The notes below the pieces were generated by a model. The model saw nothing but the letters and a program-made list of their open reading frames with translations. It searched no databases and had not been told where the DNA came from. A DNA stretch of 63,967 nt, counting the filler. It is 11 parts of 11 records of this genome, joined end to end, with 100 filler letters (N's around TTAATTAATTAA, not from the genome) between each part and the next. Parts side by side here need not be neighbours in the genome. Positions count along the whole stretch, not along the records: positions 1 to 5,320 come from SRR7504441_2852; positions 5,421 to 8,530 come from SRR7504441_2857; positions 8,631 to 14,644 come from SRR7504441_2858; 8 more parts are not named here. The stretch is one strand, 5' to 3'. Both the position numbers and the translations under genes were made by a program. Below, piece after piece: positions 1-11,600 of the stretch. Position 1 is the stretch's first letter. The number at the start of each line of letters is the position of its first letter.

Positions 1-3000
1 AGCCGTCGAAGTGGCTTGCATCTTCATGTAGAGATGGCTACTAGTACTCACCTGGGTGGTACACTGTCTCAGCGACTAAAGCTGGCGGTTCAGACCATTG
101 TACTGCAGGCCTTAGCCTCTGTTCTGCGACATCTAGACGCCAATAGTAACCTTTTCTTGTACAGCCAATCTCCTGGTCTTTGGTGTCGCCTGGTACAGCA
201 CCCTGACACCATTTCTGTCGAGTCTCTAGCGCAACAGAGCCTGCTCACGCCCAAAAGGTCCGATACCTTCATATCTCCACTCAACATGGGCCTGCATGGT
301 CATCTTGGTGCATGCTTTCCCTTCAGCATGAATGTAATTCAGACCATCAGTGCTCTCCTTGGCACTCTCGAGTCGAAAAATTCGGGGCCTGGGGCCCTTG
401 AGGCTGCTGTCGATTTAGTCTATGGTTCAGGAGCGTGCAGTGAGATGGCGTCTGTCAGTCATTCGAGTTGTAAAATCCCTTACCTGCATGATTTTGTTGG
501 ACTGAAAGCGTCGCCGTATGCTCAGTTATCCTTTGAGCACCATTTGCAGGTCTATAGTTGCATCGTCATGGCCTCTCTCGGGGAACAGAACTACAAAAAT
601 CCAGCGTACATTCACTACGCGAGGCAGCAGCAGGAGCCGCGTATTTTCAACATCTGCTCTCTTTTGTCCACAATAGGCCCGGACAAGCAGCCTCAAATTC
701 TTGATGAAATCTCTAAATGCACTACTCGTTATAACGGTGCTGTGTCAGAGGAATGTCTCGTTTCGATTGATCTGGTAGTGGCTTGGCGATCGGTGCAAAG
801 CCTGTGGGAGGACGCGACCGAAACCATTAGCTCCGGGTCTTATGCCTGGATAGTGCAGCGAGAGCGGCTCGCTGATGACATTGAGGCTTTGCTCATACAA
901 GTTTGCTTGTTTGAGCAAGATTCTCTGGCCGATATCAAAGTCAGCGAAGTTCTAGACTACTGGCGGGCCCTCCAAGCCTTAGCGATTTTCTCAGAGGAGG
1001 TACTAGAGCAGTCGACGAGTTTGGAAGGCTCAGAAGTCCAGGGAGCACTTGAAAGATTTGTTGACGTCTCAGTGTCTGCATGTCCAAGCAAGCTCGCCTC
1101 CCTCGACTTGATATGCAAGAGTGCCTTGGAAGTATCAATGAGCTGTGGGGCTACCCTCGAGGACACCCTTGAGTTTATTCATCGATATCTCGCAGAGATT
1201 GTATTTGCAGACCTTCACGGTAGTCAGCTACCATCTGCTCGTGTAGAAGACGAACTGCTGGCTGCTCTTGCTCGTCTCATCAGTGGCGACATCTCTATCT
1301 TGTCGGGCGTCGATCTCAACTCGCATGAGAAGCAAGTCACGTCACTGCGCCGCAAGCTGCTTCAAATGTTGCTTAAGACCCCCTGGGGAAGTGACTATGT
1401 ACTCGGACAACTTTCGATCCAAGGCCTCGGACTTTACATGCAGCTCACTGCCCAAACTTGTGAGGTCGAGGACATGACAGCGCAGTGCGATTTTTCTCTA
1501 GTGGATGTATCTGTTTCAGACGCTTTGACTAGTCCAGTGCTCTTGAATTATATCAAGCAGGTACAGTGTTTGAAAACTATGGTCGAAAAGATTGAGTTCG
1601 ATGGACAGTTCGGCCCAGCAGCCGTGCCAGGCACAGGTTTGTACGACTTGCTGGTCCATACTGCAACTATGGGGCAGGATTGGCCGAGGATTTACGTGCT
1701 TCGGACATTAGTCCGCAAGCATGGTATCACAGGCCTATATCGTGCAATGATGGCAACGCCCCCTGAGCAAGCACAGTGGTTGGATGTTGAACTCATTGCA
1801 TTGCAAGGCCTTAATATCTGCCTGTCGCTATCCATAACTGTTGCAGTTGATATGCGTTTCGGCTACGAGGATGTCTACCATGTCATGGCTACTGCTCTGC
1901 AGCAAAATGCCAGCTCCACGAATTTGCAAGACATACTTAATTTGTACGAATCCCACACGACTACCAGTCACGATTGGGCGGGCTTCTTAAGCCGCATGGT
2001 TTGCTTGCTCCATATGCAGGGTTCGAACCCAGACAAAGACTCAAGACCCCATCCCAAAGCGTGGTGCGACGACTTTTTCACTGGAGCATGGGAACATGAC
2101 GTGCTTTACACTGGAGTAAGATGGGGTCTACCTGATGGGGCCGGAGCAGAAGACCAGGGCCAACTTGGTACTTCAGCCTGTACTCCTGTTGTGCAGGTCT
2201 TGCAGCACGCTGCTGCTGGAAACCTTTGTAAGACACTGGGCGTCGAGCATGACGGTATGAGATTAGGCGCCAAGGCACGGGAGACACGGGAGATGGTTCA
2301 TCCATCCAAGATCTCCCTGGTATCTTTCCACACATTCCGCACATACTCACACCCTGAACTGCAGGTATCGGGAGTCGTGTCGCATGTTGTGAGCATTGCA
2401 GTTGCCAATCCAGGTCACCATGTTTAGCGCTACATGTAAGCTGGTCTGACTAGGCTGCATCGCAGGTTGTTGGTTGCACACCCTACTTTTAAATCCGGGA
2501 GCTCTTTGGTATGCTGACGAAAATGGCGATCATTTATCCTACTTCCCGACAATGCCACTTAATGAGATGGCAACGCTGGCCTCTGCTTCAGGAGAAGTCG
2601 GGTGGTATGTGTGCCGCAACGGTCATCCATACTCTATTGGCAATTGCACGCAACCAATGGAGGTGTCAATTTGTGCTCATCCAGGATGTGGTGCCCATAT
2701 TGGAGGACGTGACCATGTCTCTGTTAAGGGGGTGAGAAAGCTTGGGGTTGGGGCCGAGGCGTTTAACCAGATCAGCGGCGATGTTGCCAGCATCTATACT
2801 GGATACCTTCTCTTTTGGACTGAAACAGCTGGTAATCAAGCTCCAGTCGCTGTTGGCGTGACTGTGCTACGGTTTATCATGCATGCTCTCATGCTGGTTG
2901 CGTTGGAAATGGGAGGTCCAAACGCCAGGATCATAGCAACTTTAATATATCCCAAGAGCGAAGAGCCAGAAATCAAGAAAGCTAAGGTGATAATGGGACA

Positions 3001-4939
3001 CCGCTGTTTGGCAAACTGGAGAGATCTCGGCTACAGCCTTCGAATGACTACTGCCGACAAAATTGAAGATCTTGCTGCAACCCTGCATCTATTTCTCTTG
3101 GCATTTGAAGCTACGTTCATGGAGAGCGCCTCGCCGTCGCTAGGATCAACTTTACCAGACGAATTGAAACATATCGTCAGAACAGATGGCCGTGTGCAGT
3201 TGCCAGCACTGTTTAGGGACTTTGAGGACGCAACCAACTTTGAGCGGGTAGTTTGCCAGCTGTGTGACGATCGTCTGGGGGTCAACCATGGAGCAGCACA
3301 TGTTGCAAAGCAGGCAGATGCTGTGCAAGAGCATCTTCAAAAGAAGTCTATCCGAGCTTACTTGGAAGCGTTACAATCAAGCATGGGAGAGAAACTAGAA
3401 CCAGTACTTAAAAGAACAGCGACACATCCGAACGCTGCGTCGATGCCCCAGAATGGGTCACTTGGGTGGGATTCTGCAATTTGGTCATATCATGAGCGAG
3501 TAAGCTTCGAGAACTTTGCGCAGGACTTCACGAACTCTGCTCAAAACATAGCCAGCTTTCCTGTACTGGCAGCCATTCTCGATGAAGAGCAGACCCTTGG
3601 AATTGTCCACGGCATTCAACAAGTCCTCGAGTGGCACCGGCTTCTATTTCGAGCGCTGAATGGCAGGAAGGCGATCACTCAGGAGGCTGCTCGTTCGATA
3701 ACAAATATCGACTTCGTCCGTGACTTTGTTGATCAAGGACAACAAGACCATGCACTCCAGGTGCTGGACGCGTTTTGTGCTGTATTCAACACTGTGCTCC
3801 CTCGGATTGAGAACCTGTATGAATGTCAGCGGAATCCATTCATTGGACCAAACGGCTCCGTTGACCTAACAGGCACTGGCACCCAGAATGCCCCGATGGA
3901 CCATTCCACTCCGCTCGTTTATTCATTGCCTCACCGTTCACGTACTGGCGAGACTGATGCATCAGGCCTATGCACAATCGGCCTTGTCCAATGGATGCAA
4001 GATCAGTCAAACCAGCTACTGGCTCGATTCGCTGGACTGACCAGGGGAATGGTTCGCACCACAGACATGCAGCAGGCAATCTCTTGGCTGACAGATCCAC
4101 GGGTGATAAAGCGTCGGCTGCTCTGGTATGACCGTCAAACATCATTGCTGCCTAGCATCGGCACCTACGTCTCACAGAGTATGGTGGGCGAATCTCCAGT
4201 GCTGGGTTACGATCTGGAGCGAATAGAGACTGACGTGGCCCGGAAACTGTTCGGTATGAAAAGTCCAATCGTGGTCCAGTTGCATCACTATGTGTACAGC
4301 GGCTCGGCTGGTACCTCGTCACTGCTGGGCCGTCTTCATGAAGTAATCCTGCAGCAACCACTACCGAACCAGCTTGAGCAGCAGATCTTATCAGAGGTGA
4401 ACACTCAGCATCACGCGACAGTGCTCATGTCTCTACTGCAAGACTGTGCCGCTTTTCTGATTTCAATGGGCGCTGCCAGAGTCAAAGGCATGGCTGGGAG
4501 CACATCTCTACAGGATTACGCCTTGCGAGTGCTCGAAGTAGAGGCCGCTGTGTGGGATGAATCTAGCTCCCCTGCCGTCAATCAGGCGTGTCTCAAGCAC
4601 CTGCGGGCCCTATTTATGACACTTGAAGAGCATCATTCTGGCAGTGCCCTCGACCGGATTGATGTCAAGTATCGAGACCCACTGCCCGAGGCCTTGCACG
4701 CCGAGCTATCAGCCGCAGCAGAATCGATGAATTTGGCCGAGCTGGAGCAAGGGCTCGAGAACTTTGTCCACGGCATGATGCAAGAGAGCCCGGCAGAGTG
4801 GGGACTCAAGATGTGCTTGGAGGACGTGCAGGTGCACAACAAGTTCCTTGGTGATTGCGAGTGGTTTGAGGAGTTGCCGGAAGGCTTGATGCTCCAACAC
4901 GCAGTCGCCACCCTGAAATTTGTTCGAAAGCTAGTGTAA
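1..4939 (+). CDS. C-terminal part of an RNF213/mysterin-like giant E3 ligase with an RZ-type zinc finger (5'-partial, spliced)
   Basis: ORFs 16-2427 and 2474-4939 join through a GT-AG intron at 2414-2465 (VANPG|CWLHTLL). The motif WYVCRNGHPYSIGNCTQPMEVSICAHPGCGAHIGGRDH (~2603-2716) matches the RZ finger and is followed by a long helical C-terminal domain as in RNF213. Further small in-frame introns are likely near 2100-2370. Confidence 0.75.
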
Positions 4940-5019
4940 AGCTTCTGAGCTCCTCTGACTAGAACTGAGTTTATTATCATAAGTAAGTTAATATTGTACT
5001 TGTACTAACTTGAATACCA

Positions 5020-5286
5020 TCAAGACATGTAAGAGTTTGGACCCGGACTTATTACCCCTGTTAGCGACCTGGTCCTCACACTGGTTTCTCCGGACGGCGC
5101 CTCATAGTCGGCCACTAACGAGTCGCGCATGCTGTCGCCGCCCTCTTTGAGCGTGACCGCGTTGCCGCTGTGCCTCGGGTCTAGTTCTGGGTCCTCCTGC
5201 CCGCTGCAGATGGTGGCGCACTTGTTCCGGGCCATCCAGACCGTGAAGGACACCGCCAGCACCATGCACACCACGCTCACGAGCTG
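5020..5286 (-). CDS. Last exon of an unknown membrane protein (5'-partial)
   Basis: A hydrophobic helix (LVSVVCMVLAVSFTVW) is followed by a polar tail. On the minus strand it is preceded by poly-G...CTGAGCGATGGGTGCAG, an acceptor typical of this genome. Confidence 0.45.
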   Translation of the reverse strand, partial: QLVSVVCMVLAVSFTVWMARNKCATICSGQEDPELDPRHSGNAVTLKEGGDSMRDSLVADYEAPSGETSVRTRSLTGVISPGPNSYMS

Positions 5287-5320
5287 CACCCATCGCTCAG
5301 CTCCCCCCCCCCCCCCCCCC

Positions 5321-5420
5321 NNNNNNNNNNNNNNNNNNNNNNNNNNNNNNNNNNNNNNNNNNNNTTAATTAATTAANNNNNNNNNNNNNNNNNNNNNNNN
5401 NNNNNNNNNNNNNNNNNNNN
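5321..5420. other. Artificial contig-joining linker N44-TTAATTAATTAA-N44 (stops in all six frames)
   Basis: The same 100-nt spacer recurs at 8531-8630, 14645-14744, 18533-18632, 25100-25199, 29999-30098, 34221-34320, 43286-43385, 46707-46806 and 59908-60007. Confidence 0.99.
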
Positions 5421-5421
5421 C

Positions 5422-8292
5422 CATGCCAAGCTCTGTCTTGCGCTCTTAGCCTGGCGCTGCTATGCCAGATCTCTTCAGGCATTTCACACGAGCGCTTCCC
5501 ATGCTGCCAGCAGATGGCAGAACATGGAGCTCTTCCGGGCCTGGTCAAGCTGGCGTCAGGGCTGTACTCTGGGACAAGAGGCTGAAAGCACATACCAGTG
5601 GGTTTGTCGCCATTGGTATTGCCGGGAGATGAACTGGAGCATCTGTGTTTGGAGACACCTGCATCTACAACAAATGCGCATCAAATTTTCTTTAGTACAC
5701 TGGATAAACCATGGGATTTCAACTGCTTTTCAGACATGGAGACAGTGCATGCAGAGATTTCTACAAGCTCAACAAAATGCACTTAAGGGTCTTCTTTTCT
5801 TATCCAACAGAAACATGTGCATGTGTTTCAATTCTTGGAGGTCTTGGTACGTGGACGCTTTATTGCAAAAGGATTTGCTCCTACGCTCTATCTCTCGGTT
5901 TGTGTATCATTATTTAAGCATGGCTGTGGCAACTTGGCGCGAGAACACGGTCATTCTAAGTCAGTTACAGACAGCAATGTTTTGGGCGTTGAGCCACTGG
6001 ACACTGCAGACTGCTGGTTATGCACTCAACCAATGGAGGACTGCAGCTGAAGATTTGTGTCAGCAACAAGGGTTCGTGTGCAGAGGTGTCATGAGATTCC
6101 TCAATAGCTTGATGGCAGCTGCTTGCTTCACGTGGCGGAGTAATGCTGTAAGACAGCGCCAGCAGGGCAGCGTACTAAATCGAGCAATCAACAGGCTAAT
6201 GCATGGCAAGTTGACTGCTGCATGGAACACTTGGAATTGTTTATGGAGGACCCTCAAGTTGCAACAGCAGAAGGTGCGTTCTACCTTGATGAGACTGGTT
6301 TACAGGAAGCTGACAATGGCCTTACTCTCATGGAAGGAGCAGGCCCTTGGTGCACTTGCTTCTCAGGCTAGTGCACAACGGGCTTTACTTCGCTTTCACA
6401 ACCAGAGGCTATCACAAGCTCTACAGACCTGGCAAGCGTGGTATGAAGATATGACTGCCCAGCAAGTCACCTTGTACAAATCACTTACCCGGTTGCTGAA
6501 CCAACAGCTTTCTATGGGCTTCAATTCATGGCGTGAGTGCACACTTAAATTAAAGATGCAGAAACAAGGTGTTGATAAGGCGATCAGATACATGAAGGTG
6601 CAAAAGGCAGCAATAGGCTGGAACACATGGAGGGATCAATACGAACAAGGCTTTGACTGCCAATCCACTGTAATGCGTGCCTTATTTTGCTGGACTCATC
6701 AAAAATTGTCTGCTGCTTTCAACTCTTGGATCAGCTTATTACGGCAAGTTCGAAATCAGACGCAGCTCCTGCGTTGGGCTGCAGCAAGGTTTCAGCACAC
6801 AAGATTAGCTGCAGTGTTCGATACTTGGATGGCATGGTATTGTCTTCGAAAGGAAGAACTAGCTCTGATTCTGCGGGGTGCTCATTTCATGGGTGCAACA
6901 AAGCACTCACGCTTGTTTGCTATTGCAGCCAGGATGCTGAATACATGGTGCTTTGTGACTTCAGAGCAGAGTATGAGGCAAGCATTGCTTGTCAAATCTC
7001 TTTTGATGTGGCAACATCAGTACCTTGCAGTGGCACTTCGTACATGGCGTATTGAAACAGCTATTGCAGTGGGTATGAATCAGCTGTATCGCTGGGTGTC
7101 GTACCACTGGATTCTCCGGGAGAAGGGCTGGGCTCTGCATATGCTGCAGCATACTGCAAAGCAATATCAACTGGCATCTCGCGCGGCAAAACACTGGGCA
7201 AACTTGCAGTTGCATGCTGCTTTGGAAACGTGGGGACTTGTTTGTGCCCATGATTTAAAAGTCACACGGATATCATCAACAGCCCACTGTCTGCAGCACT
7301 GGAGAGACAGGCAGACAGCATCCTTCTTGGTAACTTGGCACACAAATGCCATGACAACAATATGGCTTTCTATGCAAGTACACAGAGGTGCTTGCTTGTG
7401 GGGCCAAGTTCAGACTACCAAGGCCATGACGAAATGGCATCAAGATTGGAAGGAACTATCATGGATCCGATTGCAAACCTATAGGGGAGATTGTCTATGG
7501 AGCAGAGTTTGGGCTGTCAAGGCCATCGTAAAATGGCACGACGAGACACGGATGCACCAAGAGACGATGGAAGCTTTATATCAGGCCATGTTCAGGTGGG
7601 CTCGCAGTAGCTTGTCTGCAGGTTTTGCGACTTGGAGGCTGAAGGCACAGAACGAGCGTGTAAATGAAACGCTGCTGATTGCAGTGCAGCATTTTCGCTA
7701 TGCCAGCATCTTTGTGGTCTTGGATCATTGGCGTGATGCTGTGCAGCAGCTGGGACAAAGGGAGAGTCATCATGTCCAGAATAACTATAAGGCGTCCTCC
7801 CATCACCGATACTCAGTGCTAAGACTGGCATTTGACTCCTGGAAAGAGGTTTGGTTAGAAGACCAGGTGATACCAGAGCAGTTGGTAGACCAATCGGGCC
7901 CTACTTGTTTGCTTGCTCAAGCCTGTCATCCATACGGCATGTTCTCTGTGAGTATCACAGGAACAATGTATGGCAAGCAGGATAGGGCTCTCTACTATAT
8001 TGTTGAAGTCAACTTTGAGGGTCGTCCCGCATATGAGCTTAATAAGCGGTACCGCGATTTCGATGTGCTTAATAGTACGCTGCGAGAGAGATTTGCAAAT
8101 GTATTGAGAGTGGGCCCTGGAAGCCCGAGCTTTCCTCCTAAGAAACCGTTCACCAAGCTAAACCCAGAATTTTACGAATCCCGGGCATCTGATTTACATC
8201 AATTCATTCAAGATTTAGTCAAGCATCGTGAAGTGGCAGCAAGTGGTGAACTGTGTGAATTCCTGGAATTCCAAAATTACTTTTATCAATAG
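5422..8292 (+). CDS. Sfi1-like (centrin-binding) Trp-repeat protein with a C-terminal PX domain (5'-partial)
   Basis: The frame is open from the contig start. About 20 repeats of ~33 aa carry L-x2-3-A-F-x2-W. The C-terminus YYIVEVNFEG..YELNKRYRDFDVLNSTLRERF..SFPPKKPFTKLNPEFYESRASDLHQFIQDLV is a PX signature. Confidence 0.75.
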   Translation, partial: HAKLCLALLAWRCYARSLQAFHTSASHAASRWQNMELFRAWSSWRQGCTLGQEAESTYQWVCRHWYCREMNWSICVWRHLHLQQMRIKFSLVHWINHGISTAFQTWRQCMQRFLQAQQNALKGLLFLSNRNMCMCFNSWRSWYVDALLQKDLLLRSISRFVYHYLSMAVATWRENTVILSQLQTAMFWALSHWTLQTAGYALNQWRTAAEDLCQQQGFVCRGVMRFLNSLMAAACFTWRSNAVRQRQQGSVLNRAINRLMHGKLTAAWNTWNCLWRTLKLQQQKVRSTLMRLVYRKLTMALLSWKEQALGALASQASAQRALLRFHNQRLSQALQTWQAWYEDMTAQQVTLYKSLTRLLNQQLSMGFNSWRECTLKLKMQKQGVDKAIRYMKVQKAAIGWNTWRDQYEQGFDCQSTVMRALFCWTHQKLSAAFNSWISLLRQVRNQTQLLRWAAARFQHTRLAAVFDTWMAWYCLRKEELALILRGAHFMGATKHSRLFAIAARMLNTWCFVTSEQSMRQALLVKSLLMWQHQYLAVALRTWRIETAIAVGMNQLYRWVSYHWILREKGWALHMLQHTAKQYQLASRAAKHWANLQLHAALETWGLVCAHDLKVTRISSTAHCLQHWRDRQTASFLVTWHTNAMTTIWLSMQVHRGACLWGQVQTTKAMTKWHQDWKELSWIRLQTYRGDCLWSRVWAVKAIVKWHDETRMHQETMEALYQAMFRWARSSLSAGFATWRLKAQNERVNETLLIAVQHFRYASIFVVLDHWRDAVQQLGQRESHHVQNNYKASSHHRYSVLRLAFDSWKEVWLEDQVIPEQLVDQSGPTCLLAQACHPYGMFSVSITGTMYGKQDRALYYIVEVNFEGRPAYELNKRYRDFDVLNSTLRERFANVLRVGPGSPSFPPKKPFTKLNPEFYESRASDLHQFIQDLVKHREVAASGELCEFLEFQNYFYQ

Positions 8293-8631
8293 CACGAGTA
8301 TTCTGAGTACATCCCACATGAGGCTGTGTGGGTACAATCTGGGACGAGGGGTACAACTACCGAAGACTGTTGCAATGGCACGTAAATTAATTTATATTCG
8401 TAAGAACAGCCTCTGGCGGAGGCGCGTCGATCTCTTGCTGAAGGTAGCCTTTGGCTAAGGTCTGGTTTATTGAAATTTTACAAAATTTACAAATATATCG
8501 ATATCCAATTGTACAAATCCATGAAATCACNNNNNNNNNNNNNNNNNNNNNNNNNNNNNNNNNNNNNNNNNNNNTTAATTAATTAANNNNNNNNNNNNNN
8601 NNNNNNNNNNNNNNNNNNNNNNNNNNNNNNT

Positions 8632-11600
8632 GGTTCGCAGGCTGATCCAAGTATTGCAATGTGCTTACTTGCTTCTGTTATCCATCTTGGTGCTGATCAT
8701 GGATACCCCAAGCTCCCAATGAGCTCTGATGCCCGCGAGCAGCTCTCGAAGGGGTGCTCACTCGACTGGATCCCAGAGAAACTTAGCCAGGAGCATCGTG
8801 GTCTCAAAGAGGTCCAAAAGTTCTTTAGAGATCTGAAATCGGCTTACGATGCAGTCAAACGGGGAGAGAAGTTTAAAGCAACTTCATCTTTGGCACAGAA
8901 GCTGTTAGACAATCCAGGCATTGTCGGCATGTGGCTGTGGCTTGGATTCGAGTCCGAGGATGACTGGGTGGACACAATATACAAGATAAAAGCACTTCCA
9001 GACGCAGAAGAGCAATTCGAGAACTACATCCTCGAGAACTTTAGGCAATATGGAAGCCTCGAGTCTTTTGCGCTTGCAGTGCAGGAACAATGCTCATTTT
9101 CTCAAGTAGACGAGGACACTGCTGAGGCTGACACGTCCAAATCATTTCTCCATGATAAGATCATGGCAATGCAGCATTCTCTTAACGATGCCTTGGCTCA
9201 CAAACTATCATCGCCTGCCTCGGTAGTCCCAGGCGACACTGTACAACAGCCACGCCCAGTTGTGTCAAACCTTAGATCTGAGAGATGCGATCTCCTTCCC
9301 CTATTCACACACCACAAAGGTATGTCTGTCAGCGAACAGGAATTGGCTGCATTTGCCGGTGCGCCGCTATCACCTGTGGCGTTTGACAAATTTGTAGAGT
9401 ACATACCAGAGGAGATGAGCCCCCTCGAGACACTCCCTTTCTCAATCGCAGGACATCCTGAAGGTCGCACTAATGTCGCCAAAGAGCTCCTACAGAGGAT
9501 TGAAGGCGATTGCCGCGACGCTCATCAGCTGTGGGTAGATGGTGGTAAGATGCCCGTCATGATTGGCGTTGATCGGACTCAGATTGAAAGTTATACCAGT
9601 GGCAGTGCTGCGTTGGACCAGACAATCGAGCGTCAGCAGCAGCTGGTACACGATCTTAAGGCACTCCTGAGCCATGACGTCAAGTTTGTGTCCGAAGCTC
9701 AGAAGTTGATACTATCACATGCTTTTTATGTCGACTTGGACGAAGGCCATGCAGACATTGTTGATAGGATAGTGTTCTGTATGGAGCGTGGTTGTGGGCT
9801 TCAGCCAAGACCGACCATAAACTATCTAATTGTTGCTCTACTCTCTGAAGATCCATACGCAGAAGTGCACAAAGTCAATCCGTATTGTCAGGAAGTCCAG
9901 CTGGTTCTTGCTTTGGCTGTGTGGCTTCAATTGCACACCTCGCGCATGGCACATGCCAGCAGAGCCATTGCTCTGGTCGCAGAACTGGACAAAAAGTTGA
10001 AAAAGTTTCAGAGCAGTCTCGAAACTGGAGACGGACTACTTTTTGATCCTGCTCTGCTTGTAGATCAAATTTGCAATCTTTCACATTCAGCGGCAGCACT
10101 TCTAACGAGCAAGCGACACTATCTGAATCAAGACAAGGGATCGCATTGGTTTGATCCTCGCTTCTTGGCATTTGAGTACTCTGCTGACTTGCTGCTTCGA
10201 CGAAGGCAAGTGGAGATCGTGTCTGAGTTTGTCCAGAGCGTGCGCAATGGAGACTCAAGCTGTAGACAAATGATAATGGGGGCTGGTAAAACCACAGTCG
10301 TAGGGCCATTGCTGGTATTGATCTTGGCTGATTCCAACACGCTCGTGACGCAGGTATGTCCTCCCAACTTGGTCGAGATGACGCGAGGTTGTCTTCGACG
10401 TACTTTTGCCTCTCTGATTCCAAAGAAGATCTTCACGCTTACCTTTGAGCGAGGATGTTCGAGCGCATCCGTCATAACAGCTCTTCACGCTAAGTTCGAC
10501 TCTGCTCGTCGGCATGGCGGTGTTGTATGTTCACCTCCTGAGTGCATCAAATCATTGGAGCTCAAATTTGTGGAACTAGTTCACTCGGTCACTCTGAGCG
10601 CTACAACCACAACTGGCGAGGGGATGCGTGCAAAGCTAGAGGAAAAGAAGCTGGAGAAAGATAGGTACGAGAAATTACAAATGGCCCATGATATCGTTCC
10701 TATTCTTCGCATGTGGAAGTCAGGCATCCTCGTGATGGATGAGGTAGATGTTCTGCTTCATCCCCTGCGATCAGAGCTGAACTTCCCCATTGGACAGCGG
10801 CTGCAGATCGATATGCATGGAGTCAGGTGGGAGCTGCCCATCATGCTCTTGGACTTGATCCTAGGAGCGGGAGGTGGGCAGATCCAAGCGTTCCAATTCA
10901 CGGACGAATCATGGCTTACAGCAGCTGAGCGAGCAGGCCTTGATATGCCTGCTACCATAAACGATTTGCATCAGACCCTTCTTGATGGTGCTGGAGAGCA
11001 TAAAACCCAGACTGTGCCTCATCTTGTACTTTTGGACCATCAATGGTACAACGAAATGCTGCAACCTAGCATTGCCAAGTGGCTATGCATCTGGCTCTAC
11101 TATGCTTCTGAAGGACAAATCTGCAGGCTCAGTCACACTGATCATCTTCTTGAATACCTTCAGGGGAATCAGCCCGAGAGCATAGTCCAGTGTGCTACTG
11201 ATAGCTCATGTGACGTAAAGGATTGCTTCAAGATGCTCAACTTAGCCACGGAGTGGTGTGTCAGTGTCTTGCCTCACGTGCTCAGTAAGATCAATCGGGT
11301 GACGTACGGTTTGGTGGATTCACCAGGGCACGAGCAAACACAAAATGTGACGCGCAGCCTCTGTGCCGTGCCATTCGTTGGCAAAGATGTTCCTTCACGC
11401 AGTTCCGAATTTGCACACCCTGATGTGATCATAGGGTTGACGATCCTTTCATACCGATATGAGGGCTTAAGGATTCCGGATGTGAAACGGATTGTGACTC
11501 AAATGAAACACGACTTCGTTCAGCAAGTCGGGGCCAAGGACAAGCGCGATGCGCACATCAAGTTTGAGCTTTGGAAGACTGTTGGTTGCAAACACAACAA

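Noticed and set aside
2414-2473. Apparent stop codons and frameshifts in many genes suggesting pseudogenes, recoding or an alternative genetic code
   Set aside because: Each break examined is resolved by a 34-56-nt GT-AG or GC-AG intron that restores conserved motifs; TAA, TAG and TGA all serve as normal terminators.
8447-8463. GCCTTTGGCTAAGGTCT resembling the U2 snRNA 5' stem
   Set aside because: The branch-pairing GTAGTA and other U2 elements do not follow.
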